Source: Nanobdellota archaeon (GTDB lineage: Archaea; Nanobdellota; Nanobdellia; Woesearchaeales; B3-WOES). Taken from it: a DNA stretch of 54,349 nt. Of the stretch, positions 41,271-50,468 are shown in pieces. The first letter of the stretch is position 1; the number at the start of each line of letters is the position of its first letter. The position numbers and the translations under genes are program-made. The stretch is taken from the NCBI GenBank assembly GCA_023131705.1, contig JAGLZG010000182.1:1-54349 (forward strand), in the 5' to 3' direction. The notes under the pieces are model-generated. The model did no database searches and was not told where the DNA came from. It worked only from the letters and a program-made list of their open reading frames with translations.

Positions 41271-41938
41271 AATAGCCCTCTCTGCATACGGTAAATTGGG
41301 GAATTATAATAGAGTTCTGCTCTTTCTCGGTCAGTCAAACTGTGGTTATAAAGGCGAGTATCTGCTTGAACCCCAGTAAAGGGTTGAGAGGCAAAAGAAA
41401 ATCCTCCAACTTCAACAGAAGCATTTATAATTTGAGGAGTTGGCATTCCTGCTTGAGAGTTTATTTCTTTAAGATTCAAATATATTTTCCCAGTATTATT
41501 TGTAAAAGTAATAATAATAAATAGAAAATCATTATTATATGGTAAAAGGATATTTGTAGTGGTAGCAATATATGGTTCATTAGTTACTCCATCTGAGCAT
41601 TGAAATAATAAAACTAAATTACCACCAATCCGTAAGACCCAGCCTGTGGAGTTTCCCCAGCCAATTATTTTCCCTATTAAATTTTGATTACTTTGATGAT
41701 TATGTGAAAATATCCAAGTTGCTATAGAAAAATCACCTGTATGAAAATCAAAGATTGAATTATTCCCACAATCAACATAACTCGCAGTCTTTCCTTTATA
41801 CCCCATCACCCCATCATAAATTTGATATGGTCTTGCACCGCCTACTGGAGTCCCATTGTTGTGGAAGCCTGATTTATCTAACCATTTGCCACTGCGACAA
41901 TCTAACTTTCCTGAACCGAGTTTCAGCACATTACCCAT
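41267..41938 (-). CDS. LamG/concanavalin-A-like lectin domain protein (receptor-binding accessory)
   Basis: LDKSGFHNNGT...GKTASYVDCG...FSIATWI is typical of Laminin_G_3. Confidence 0.65.
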   Translation of the reverse strand: MGNVLKLGSGKLDCRSGKWLDKSGFHNNGTPVGGARPYQIYDGVMGYKGKTASYVDCGNNSIFDFHTGDFSIATWIFSHNHQSNQNLIGKIIGWGNSTGWVLRIGGNLVLLFQCSDGVTNEPYIATTTNILLPYNNDFLFIIITFTNNTGKIYLNLKEINSQAGMPTPQIINASVEVGGFSFASQPFTGVQADTRLYNHSLTDRERAELYYNSPIYRMQRGLL

Positions 41939-42099
41939 TACACTACCTCAGTAACTTTGTTGTAGATTAATTTAACCTTTGCCTCAATAGCTTTGAGCTT
42001 TACGAGGTGTGTGTCTACTGGGTCAGGCACGGTTGTGGTTACTTCCTTAATGAATATTCCTTTGTCAGTTTTTTCATATACTATTGTTTTGACTTTCAT
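41938..42099 (-). CDS. 53-aa hypothetical protein (not in the ORF track)
   Basis: AGGAG RBS; TAATG-coupled to the LamG gene. Confidence 0.45.
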   Translation of the reverse strand: MKVKTIVYEKTDKGIFIKEVTTTVPDPVDTHLVKLKAIEAKVKLIYNKVTEVV

Positions 42100-42112
42100 A
42101 ATTTACTCCTTC

Positions 42113-42697
42113 CTAACGTTTATATAAATCCACAAAGGAATCACCTGAACCACGACTAATCATCAATTTAATCTTTCCATTACCAGCCGCAACCTTACCC
42201 CAAACATCCATTTGTAAACAAAACCTTTCTATAGCTTTAATCTCATAAGCAGGTGAAGTTGGAAAAAATGCCTGTGCACTCAAAAATTGATAACTCGTGC
42301 TATCTGTAGAAACATTCGGTGTTGCAGTTGCAACTAATTTAGACACAAAAGTTCCATCCTCCTGCATAAGTCCCGCCGTGAAAACAACCTTTGTGCAATA
42401 GGAATTACCTGTTCCTTTCGCAATAGCTATTTGAGCAATCGCCTTGAAAGGTTTTGTCACGTAAGGTAATGGATTTAAATCTGCATGGACGAACTTTTTA
42501 GTTATCTTCACTTCCTCATCAGTGTTGGTCATTCCCGTTACTTCATAATAATCCAAAGTATCATCACTATCCAAGTCAGATGGGTTTCTTGAAAAAATAT
42601 CAGTATGCCCTGTTCCCCAAGGATAGGCATCATTTACCTTCTGTGCAAACATTGTGAGAATGTTTGGATTGTCCGCTACGCTATATACTCTTATCAT
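42113..42697 (-). CDS. hypothetical tail-fibre-module protein
   Basis: 194 aa, beta-rich. Confidence 0.55.
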   Translation of the reverse strand: MIRVYSVADNPNILTMFAQKVNDAYPWGTGHTDIFSRNPSDLDSDDTLDYYEVTGMTNTDEEVKITKKFVHADLNPLPYVTKPFKAIAQIAIAKGTGNSYCTKVVFTAGLMQEDGTFVSKLVATATPNVSTDSTSYQFLSAQAFFPTSPAYEIKAIERFCLQMDVWGKVAAGNGKIKLMISRGSGDSFVDLYKR

Positions 42698-42739
42698 TAT
42701 TTCCTCCTAATAATTTTTATTATTTATCTCTTAATTTAT

Positions 42740-43264
42740 TTAGTTAATTTTTACTGTTATATTAATACTGTAATCAGTCTCACCTCTCAAAGTTCTCTGG
42801 TGATATTCCATTTTCCTGTAAGCATCTTCACCTATAGTTGTAGCGACAACACCTACTCTAAATCCACCAATAACTTTCATTTTTCCGTTATACTCTATTT
42901 TATTAGGTCTCAATTCACTTTGTGAGTCATATTCTAAATCGCCCTGTCCAAACATTCCAACCGCACTGTCAAAACACTCATCACTGGACATATAACCCAT
43001 CTTTTCTAAGACACTACCCTTTCCTATAGCTGACATAGTGGTTGTCATTTTTTCATTAGCCTTGAAGGTAGATTTAACGCTCATTTCACCTATGTGAGAC
43101 CCATATTTATTCTGGTAGAGACTTCTATCTGTGGCTGTCTCGGAAACATACGCAGTTGTTCCTACTGAAAACCCTTTTGTTTTTGACTCAATCTGTATAT
43201 CAATCGTCTGTGCGAATGCTGGTAAAGCAAATAAAAGTAGTGCGATAACTAAAAACTTTTTCAC
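42740..43264 (-). CDS. secreted protein with a Sec signal peptide
   Basis: MKKFLVIALLLFALPAFA|Q is followed by a beta-rich mature part. Confidence 0.6.
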   Translation of the reverse strand: MKKFLVIALLLFALPAFAQTIDIQIESKTKGFSVGTTAYVSETATDRSLYQNKYGSHIGEMSVKSTFKANEKMTTTMSAIGKGSVLEKMGYMSSDECFDSAVGMFGQGDLEYDSQSELRPNKIEYNGKMKVIGGFRVGVVATTIGEDAYRKMEYHQRTLRGETDYSINITVKIN

Positions 43265-43273
43265 TATATCCTC

Positions 43274-44179
43274 CTAACTATAATTCTTTTCTAACTGTGC
43301 ATACCATTGTTTGTCTGCTGTTTTATAAGCTACACTTAAAATGTCTTCCCTGCCTACATTCGTTGATAAAATCCCTAATGTTCCGCCTTCCCATTTTACA
43401 AGTTGCTGAACGGTATGTGTTCCTGTCCCTGCGTCTGTTATATCTATTTGTGTTCCAGCATGGGCATTTGCTTTTGTAGTCGCAACCTTGATGTGATTTT
43501 CTGAGCTTCTAATAGCGTAGTAAATCGTGTCTACTACTAAAGGAACTGGTAAATCAGCAGCGGTTGTTTTAAATCTTATCCTCGCTCCTGTAGGTATGTC
43601 AACTGATAAGTCAATAATATCTGTATCAGCATGAACATCTGCAACAGCAATAGCCTCATCCTTTTGAGTAACAATTTCATCCATAACCCTCGTTCCTGTG
43701 CCGTCCTGAGTGATAATAAGTTGAGCTTTCAAAGCACCTGAAGGTGGAGCTATTGTAATGGTAAAGTTGTGTGCCGCTGTCAAAATTGCCTTATTACCAT
43801 TTACTAAATTCCAAGCAATCGCAGCTCCTGAGGTTAAGACTTGTTCTGTGAAAACTATTGAATGTGCTTGTGCATTAAACTCTGCCCCAAGTTTAGGAGC
43901 TGTCTCATCTTCTAATAGTCCAGTCGTTTCTTTCCAAATCGCTGTTCCAGCTGTAGCATCTATACAAACATAAAGATTGTCATTTGTTACATCTGCCCAC
44001 AGTGAACCAACTGTATAACCAGCTGTAGTATCATCATTTACTGTAGGTGCAGTTGTTGCATCAAGTTTATGTTTCGGGTTATTAGCATCTATTTTATCTA
44101 AGTTAGCCCATACTTTTTCATGGTAGGGTTTTGTTCCAGATGCAATTTTTTCTAAATCTAAATTCGGTGTATTAGCCAT
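43274..44179 (-). CDS. tail fibre protein
   Basis: The N-terminus PNLDLEKIASG...NLDKID and the segment GYTVGSLWADVTNDNLYVCIDATAGTAIW are patterns common in phage fibres. Confidence 0.55.
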   Translation of the reverse strand: MANTPNLDLEKIASGTKPYHEKVWANLDKIDANNPKHKLDATTAPTVNDDTTAGYTVGSLWADVTNDNLYVCIDATAGTAIWKETTGLLEDETAPKLGAEFNAQAHSIVFTEQVLTSGAAIAWNLVNGNKAILTAAHNFTITIAPPSGALKAQLIITQDGTGTRVMDEIVTQKDEAIAVADVHADTDIIDLSVDIPTGARIRFKTTAADLPVPLVVDTIYYAIRSSENHIKVATTKANAHAGTQIDITDAGTGTHTVQQLVKWEGGTLGILSTNVGREDILSVAYKTADKQWYAQLEKNYS

Positions 44180-44217
44180 TTTTTACTCCTTTAATCTTCT
44201 TACTTTAATATCTATCC

Positions 44218-44781
44218 CTATGATACTCTCCAAAATTCAGCAATAGTATAAACATTATTTATTCCTGAAAAACCATGTGCTATTCCAAAGCCTTCATCAG
44301 CTCTGGTAGATTGACATCTATGTTGTATCTCAAAAATTTTTTGTGCTGTTATTATAAATTTACCAACAATGAAAGCAAGAGTAACACCACCATAATTAGC
44401 GTCAGCAAATTGTGACATTCCTAAAAGTGTCGTTGCACTATCTGTAATATTATATAATTGAGCTATATGTCTATTTACCCAAAAAGCAGGACATATTATA
44501 TTACAAAGATAAGTTCCTGCTGCTAAAGTAATTTGATTACTTGCAATTGAACAAATACTTGAAGTATCTGAATCTTCTGTGTTTATAACCCTTGTTTGCA
44601 TTGAACCTGAAGTAAAAGTGCCACCATCTATATTATAAGCCTTAACATCAGAAACTTTTACATATTCAAATGTAGAAGAACAAATTACTATTCCATCTTC
44701 TTTTAAAGCTCTAAAATTTTCCCTAACATCAGCTGCGACTAAACTTCCTCCTGTTACAGGTTTTGAGCTATCATACGCCAT
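44218..44781 (-). CDS. tail fibre/tip-associated protein
   Basis: It has an N-terminal VAADVRENFRALKED motif and lies after the J-like gene. Confidence 0.45.
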   Translation of the reverse strand: MAYDSSKPVTGGSLVAADVRENFRALKEDGIVICSSTFEYVKVSDVKAYNIDGGTFTSGSMQTRVINTEDSDTSSICSIASNQITLAAGTYLCNIICPAFWVNRHIAQLYNITDSATTLLGMSQFADANYGGVTLAFIVGKFIITAQKIFEIQHRCQSTRADEGFGIAHGFSGINNVYTIAEFWRVS

Positions 44782-44789
44782 TTTTCCTC

Positions 44790-47700
44790 CTAAACTCCTA
44801 TTATTGTAATATTACAAGTTCCCCCAACAAAATTTCCAGCCAAATTATATAACTTAATAGTCATACTACTACTACTTTGTGCTGTTATTAAGGGAACTAA
44901 AACAGTTGAACCAACTGGTGTTACTGTTATTGCAGGAATATCATTAAACCCACTTAAAGTAAATGTTGTTCCACCTGATGCAATAGTTTGATTTACAAGG
45001 TGTCCAAAAAGATTTACTACATTTCCTAAATAAGTTAGAGTATGTAAAATAATTCTTTTTGAAGTATCTGAAGTTGTAAGGGCTATTTTAAGTTTAAAAT
45101 ACCTAAAAGTAAATAAAGCCCCCATACTTTTATATATATCTCCTGTAATTTGTCTTTGTGTTAAAGTTTCCCAATTATTGTCATTTAAGTTAGGTTTATT
45201 TGTTCCCCAGTTTGTATTATCTGTTGAATACTGAGCTGATATTGTTAACCCTGTTACAGAAGCTAAGTCCTCTATCATAGTATATCTTAAAGCCATCTGT
45301 AATGTTTTTGAAGCTCCTAAATCCATAGAAGCAGATGTCCAATTACCCGAACTACCTATAGGTTTATCCCAAGTTCCTGTATCCCATACAGCTCCACCAT
45401 CATCCCATTTTGTTGCTGTTATTATTCGTGTTGAAACTCCATAATCCCCATGAGTATCAGCATCTATGTTTGTTCCAGAACCATTAGACATATCAGTATC
45501 TGTCAAATCATGCTCATACTCATCCCCACCACTTAAAACAGTCTTCACATAACTCATAGCTTGGTTTAAATCACCATAAAGAGTGGAAACGAATTTATCA
45601 GCTATAATTGTATTAGCTATTATTTTGTCTCCATCTAAACTTTCTATTTTTGCATTTTTTATAATTGCATCTTTTATATTTGCTTCATTAGCTATTATTT
45701 CATTAGCTCCTATTAAATCTGCTGTAATAGTAGATGCCTGTAAAAGTCCAGCATGCTGTATTTTATTTTGTGTAGCAGGATAAACTTTATCGTTTACAAC
45801 ATCATAATAAGCCATTAACCAAATATCTGCTCCTATTGTAGGTCTTGTATCTGAATAATGAAAAGTAGTAGGTGTATCATTTTTATCCCACCAAATATAT
45901 TTTAACCCTGTGTTTCCTGATGAAATTGAGTAGACTGTATTTTTATATACCAAATTCCCTGTAGTCCAAGTCAATCCAGAAGAAGTAGACCAATCTATTC
46001 CACTCATAAGAGGTATATCTAAATTATAATCTTTTGCTTGCACTGACAAAGCTGTTGTTACTATTTCAGGAGACTTATTCCCCTCACCAAAAGGGTCAAC
46101 AGCACTAATTGCTACATAATATGTATCCCCACTTTCACATTCGAAAGTATAAGAATCTCCTTGAATAAAGGCAACTTTTGTATCCGCCGTTGCTACTCCT
46201 GTATAAACATAATATCCTATTATATCATTATCAGAAACCAAATTCCACTTCACAGCTATTTTTGAAAAGTGTGGTGTTAAAGTCGGTGCTGATGGAGTTG
46301 ATGGAAAAGGATTATTTGCTGCACCTATTATTGTCTCTGAACTCTGCCCCCACTTATCTACTACTACAATAGAAAAAGAATAATCTCTTTGTGAAGGTTG
46401 ATTAATTATAAATTCATTTGTTTCGACAGAAACTGTTTTTGTTGTTCCTTCAGTATAAGTTACCTCATAATGACTAATTGCCGAACAAAGAGCTTTCGTC
46501 CACCAAATATGAAGTTTTGTATCAAATGTATTACTTATTAATGCTCCTAAAGGAAAAAAAGGTTTTTGTAAAGAACTCTTAGTTATTATACTCACCTGTG
46601 AAGCTTCATCAGGAGATTCTTCTCCATACACAGCTACACCACAAACTGCAAATGTATATTTACCTCCAAATACACTATCAAAAATAACATCAAGTGCTGT
46701 TGTTCGTGTGTATCCATAATAATGCCAAGCATCATAAACATCAGGACTTCCATAATTAGTTTCCCCAAACTCTTCTAATCCAAAACCTTCATCAGAATGT
46801 ATTTTGTAATAAATTTTCCATCTTGATACATCTTCTCCACCTCTCCAGAAAAGTTTAAACACATCCTTATCTCCTGAAGGTGAAACCTGTGTTCCTTGTT
46901 CTACTGTCAAATCATGGGCAACTAAATCATAAGAAGGAGCAGGCAAAGCAGGGAAAGATGGTATATCTGTATAGATAGAAGCATTATATTCTATCCAAGA
47001 AATGTGTCTGCGTAAATCGTCTTGTCTATCAATTTCCATAATACGAACTAATTTATAAGGTAATGAAGAAAGTCCTACTGCATATATATCATATTTACTT
47101 GGGACATCCCCTGCAGCAATAGTAAGTAAAATAGTATCTGTTGTATCTGTCCCAGACTGTGTCCAAGTTTTTTCTATTTGTGTGTCATCCTGAAGTCGCC
47201 AAACTATTTTATACTCTTTAGTATCTTCAAATGTCAGTTCCTTATCTAAAACCACCTGTGTTATTGTTGCACTAACTATCCTACCACCATCCCCCCATTG
47301 TGGGACATCATGTTGGAGTTTTACTACATCACCAACTGTACAAGCAATAGCATCTATATCTGCATCAAATTCACCTGCTCTGGTTAGATATTTATTATAA
47401 TTCAACATATACTGTGCATGTTTTGTAGCTGCCGTATAATCTGTTATACTATAAAGAGTTATACTCTTTTTTATCTCAGTTTCAGTATCCCAACTGGAAA
47501 GATATACCATAAATTGTTCTCGTTGATAATCATGGTCTTCATTCCAAAAAGTTATTTCTGCACAATTTGCCCTTCCCTTTAAAGGCAAAAAGTGTTCTTT
47601 AAAACTATCTTCTATAATATTCGAAACATTAAATAATTGAACTGCAGAAGTTACTTGGTCAATAGTTACAGTTATTTTTGTGCCTTCTATTTTCAGAATA

Positions 47701-49142
47701 CCCTTACTTTCCATTGCAATTTTCAAGGCAGCGTCCCAAACAGACATAGAGCCATCCAAATAAATATTACACTCTATATTATTTGTTGTGCAGAAATTCG
47801 CCCAAGTTGTAAATGAAGTTAAATCTATTGTATATTCCCCACCATAAGATGTGTTTGTTAAGACATCATAAACTGCCCAAGCAGGATTATTTGAAGGTTT
47901 TGTGTAAAGGTTTGAATTTACTCCAATATCTGTAGAAACAAAATTACCTCTATCTACCAATGAAGTAATATTTGGTAAACTTCCACTTAGTTGATTTGTG
48001 GCAAGTGCTTGAATACCTACAAGTGATACACAAGGATAAGAATAACTATCATAGATAATCTCACTAAATCCTTCTAACTTTACATCATCCCTTTGTCTAT
48101 TATTTGTATTATCTGCTGTTTGTCTTGTCAATTTAATTTTATATTTTCCTGCATCCAATCCTTCTTTTTCTTCACTATATCTAAGAGCAGATGCTTGAGC
48201 GGCGGAATAAGAAGCTGTTTTCCAATTTACATAAGCATCCCAGCCAGTTCCATTCCATTTAGCATATTCTAATTTAATCTTTACTGTTCGACTATCCAAT
48301 CCACCATCATCATTTGAATAAAAAAGACCATAAAGAAACAGGAAATTAACCTTCAATCCCTCTACTACATTACCTGTAGTTTCTACATATATAGGTGTGT
48401 TGTGTGTAAGTAAACTACCAGATGTATGTGCTGTTTCATTCTTATTCATATATGGAATTGTAGTTTGGTTATTTACACCAAGTCTTGTTGAAAGTGTAAT
48501 ATCGTGATAGTTTGTAGAAGGTTGATTATTTATTTTTATAGCAGAGATTGAACTTACCTGATGTCCAGTAAGAGCAACTTCCATATTCAAATATTGATTT
48601 TGACCATTTAGTAATGTGGAAACAGCAATTACATTTCCACCAACTCTCCTTTTACCATACAAAACAGGAATAGAATTACCTTGCTTTACTATAGACTGAA
48701 TTCCTTGCCAACCATAAGTTTGCTCAGACATATCTTCAAGTAAGTCTATTTTCGGAATAGGAAAAATAGTATTTATAAGCATTGTTCCAGCAAGCATTAT
48801 TCCTGTTGATATCAAAGCTCCTGTTGTAGTTGTTAAAGCATATCCTAATAAAGGAGGAATAACAACAGCGGCAATTAAAACTGCTATAGAAGCGATTGCT
48901 CTTAGTATATCCTTACCATCTCCACCTTCAATAATAGGAACAATAATTATTTCTGATTCATAAGGAATTAAGAGATTATATTCTTCTTCACTAATAACAT
49001 TTCCATTTAAGGATACAATTACATCTTTATCATCTTCATTCAAAAAATCATTAACTTTTGCAAAAGGAAAATAAGGTCTGGTCTCAACCATACAATGGTT
49101 TGAAATTGGATTTATTACATGAGTGATTTTTACATCTACCAT
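44790..49142 (-). CDS. fusion of lambda gpI-like tail assembly protein (Ubl + hydrophobic segment) with gpJ-like central tail fibre/host-specificity protein
   Basis: Residues 1-180 (LNGNVI..IIIVPIIEGG, a Gly/Ala/Ile-rich hydrophobic stretch, QGNSIPVLYGKRRVGGNVIA) align with lambda gpI. The rest carries gpJ hallmarks (SYPCVSLVGIQA, NNPAWAVYDVLT, VGDVVKLQHD..GGRIV) plus FN3-like repeats. Confidence 0.85.
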   Translation of the reverse strand: MVDVKITHVINPISNHCMVETRPYFPFAKVNDFLNEDDKDVIVSLNGNVISEEEYNLLIPYESEIIIVPIIEGGDGKDILRAIASIAVLIAAVVIPPLLGYALTTTTGALISTGIMLAGTMLINTIFPIPKIDLLEDMSEQTYGWQGIQSIVKQGNSIPVLYGKRRVGGNVIAVSTLLNGQNQYLNMEVALTGHQVSSISAIKINNQPSTNYHDITLSTRLGVNNQTTIPYMNKNETAHTSGSLLTHNTPIYVETTGNVVEGLKVNFLFLYGLFYSNDDGGLDSRTVKIKLEYAKWNGTGWDAYVNWKTASYSAAQASALRYSEEKEGLDAGKYKIKLTRQTADNTNNRQRDDVKLEGFSEIIYDSYSYPCVSLVGIQALATNQLSGSLPNITSLVDRGNFVSTDIGVNSNLYTKPSNNPAWAVYDVLTNTSYGGEYTIDLTSFTTWANFCTTNNIECNIYLDGSMSVWDAALKIAMESKGILKIEGTKITVTIDQVTSAVQLFNVSNIIEDSFKEHFLPLKGRANCAEITFWNEDHDYQREQFMVYLSSWDTETEIKKSITLYSITDYTAATKHAQYMLNYNKYLTRAGEFDADIDAIACTVGDVVKLQHDVPQWGDGGRIVSATITQVVLDKELTFEDTKEYKIVWRLQDDTQIEKTWTQSGTDTTDTILLTIAAGDVPSKYDIYAVGLSSLPYKLVRIMEIDRQDDLRRHISWIEYNASIYTDIPSFPALPAPSYDLVAHDLTVEQGTQVSPSGDKDVFKLFWRGGEDVSRWKIYYKIHSDEGFGLEEFGETNYGSPDVYDAWHYYGYTRTTALDVIFDSVFGGKYTFAVCGVAVYGEESPDEASQVSIITKSSLQKPFFPLGALISNTFDTKLHIWWTKALCSAISHYEVTYTEGTTKTVSVETNEFIINQPSQRDYSFSIVVVDKWGQSSETIIGAANNPFPSTPSAPTLTPHFSKIAVKWNLVSDNDIIGYYVYTGVATADTKVAFIQGDSYTFECESGDTYYVAISAVDPFGEGNKSPEIVTTALSVQAKDYNLDIPLMSGIDWSTSSGLTWTTGNLVYKNTVYSISSGNTGLKYIWWDKNDTPTTFHYSDTRPTIGADIWLMAYYDVVNDKVYPATQNKIQHAGLLQASTITADLIGANEIIANEANIKDAIIKNAKIESLDGDKIIANTIIADKFVSTLYGDLNQAMSYVKTVLSGGDEYEHDLTDTDMSNGSGTNIDADTHGDYGVSTRIITATKWDDGGAVWDTGTWDKPIGSSGNWTSASMDLGASKTLQMALRYTMIEDLASVTGLTISAQYSTDNTNWGTNKPNLNDNNWETLTQRQITGDIYKSMGALFTFRYFKLKIALTTSDTSKRIILHTLTYLGNVVNLFGHLVNQTIASGGTTFTLSGFNDIPAITVTPVGSTVLVPLITAQSSSSMTIKLYNLAGNFVGGTCNITIIGV

Positions 49143-49522
49143 TTATAAAACCCCATTATCTTTCTTTTCCAATAAGAGTCTTTAACATTACTTAAAATTA
49201 CTCCAACCTTTTTAAGACAATGCAAAAATTGATTATTTTCAACATAAAAACCTATATGGTTTATATAAAGAGGATGATTACGAATAAACAAAGCACAAGG
49301 CACTTCTGGTTTCTCTATTCTTTTCCATTCTCCTTTACTTAAATTAATCACTTTATTTATATCCTCTCCCTTAAGAGCATCTATGTTTTTATGTCCATAA
49401 GAAGGAATTTCTATGTCAAAAAATTTTGAATACATAAATCTCACTAAACCATAACAATCAAATCCCTTTATATCATTCCCACCTTTTTTAAAAGGAATAC
49501 CTATTATATCATCATAAATCAT
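49136..49522 (-). CDS. NlpC/P60 tail-tip protein (lambda gpK C-terminal half only; no JAB/MPN domain)
   Basis: GFDCYGLVRFMY...NHIGFY...FLHC aligns with the lambda gpK C-terminal domain. At 128 aa there is no room for the N-terminal HxHx7SxxD domain. Confidence 0.75.
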   Translation of the reverse strand: MIYDDIIGIPFKKGGNDIKGFDCYGLVRFMYSKFFDIEIPSYGHKNIDALKGEDINKVINLSKGEWKRIEKPEVPCALFIRNHPLYINHIGFYVENNQFLHCLKKVGVILSNVKDSYWKRKIMGFYKW

Positions 49523-50124
49523 TTGTAAATTCCACCTATTGGGATTGCTGGAAATCCACCAAACCTTAATTCATTCCCTTTAGATTGACAATCTGTCAAT
49601 GTATGGTCACAAGTTACAGCTACTCCTGCATACCCACATCTTGTTCCCTTAAATTTAAACCTACAAAAATTTTTAATAAACTTCTGGGATGGAAATCCTA
49701 ATAAAAAGGGATTCAATAAAGACAAAGTAATATAAACCCACATATTGTCTGTGTCAACCTTTGTAATTATAAAAGTTTCCTCAATTTCTGGGTCTGCAAG
49801 GTCAAGATGTTCAGAATGAACTAATCTAAGAATAACAGTTGAGCCAACAGCTCCACCTGATTGTTCAGCATAAGACTGCATAAGTCTATTTACATTAGAT
49901 ATTTTTATTTGCACGGAAGGTATCTCACCTTTCGAGGTATCTGTTTTTGCATCAAGCTCAAAAGGAAATGCTATATAAGTATTCCCACCAGCCGTAGGCC
50001 AAACTATATCTTCATTGTTTTTACAAATCCTATAAGTTGGAGTAAATTGCAATTCTATAAGTATTATCCAAACATCACCACTTATCTTATTCTTCTCTAA
50101 TTTAGCTTCTGCTGATATACTCAT
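49519..50124 (-). CDS. minor tail protein L (lambda gpL-like)
   Basis: It has the C-terminal Cys cluster and the FGGFP motif (CRFKFKGTRCGYAG..CDHTLTDC...RFGGFPAIP). The ATG at 50124 is ATGA-coupled and has a GGAGG RBS. Confidence 0.8.
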   Translation of the reverse strand: MSISAEAKLEKNKISGDVWIILIELQFTPTYRICKNNEDIVWPTAGGNTYIAFPFELDAKTDTSKGEIPSVQIKISNVNRLMQSYAEQSGGAVGSTVILRLVHSEHLDLADPEIEETFIITKVDTDNMWVYITLSLLNPFLLGFPSQKFIKNFCRFKFKGTRCGYAGVAVTCDHTLTDCQSKGNELRFGGFPAIPIGGIYK

Positions 50125-50468
50125 ACTTCCTCCAGAACAAAAGAGCAATTTACAAAAGAAGATGTCATATAAGAAACATTTAAAATATCTTCTTTGAATC
50201 TAACTTCATAAATCACACTTGTGATAGGATGTGTCCAGTTAAATATTTCTGTTCCCCCCTTAGCATTTACTGTAAAAAAACTTAATAAGGTATTATAGTC
50301 TGTAGTAGACATATCATTATATTTTATTGTAAAGGTCTTTCTTGCTTTTGTCCACGCTGCTCTTGAAATCACATAACCATCTTCAGCAGGTGATTTAAGA
50401 GTCTTGAGTTTTGTGCTTTCATCAAGTGGAGCAAGACAAATTGCCGTTAGTGCAGGAAAATTCATCAT
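50121..50468 (-). CDS. minor tail protein M (lambda gpM-like)
   Basis: EDGYVISRA...TFTIKY....LLSFF...GGTEIFNWTHP parallels the gpM pattern GDGYSQRA..TYSVTL..LESFLEEHGG..FLWTPP. Confidence 0.65.
   Translation of the reverse strand: MMNFPALTAICLAPLDESTKLKTLKSPAEDGYVISRAAWTKARKTFTIKYNDMSTTDYNTLLSFFTVNAKGGTEIFNWTHPITSVIYEVRFKEDILNVSYMTSSFVNCSFVLEEV

Noticed and set aside
42740-43264. Lom/Ail-family outer membrane beta-barrel (by analogy with lambda lom after J)
   Set aside because: I could see no recognisable Ail/Lom motifs, no C-terminal aromatic residue and no clear alternating amphipathic strands. Only the signal peptide is supported.
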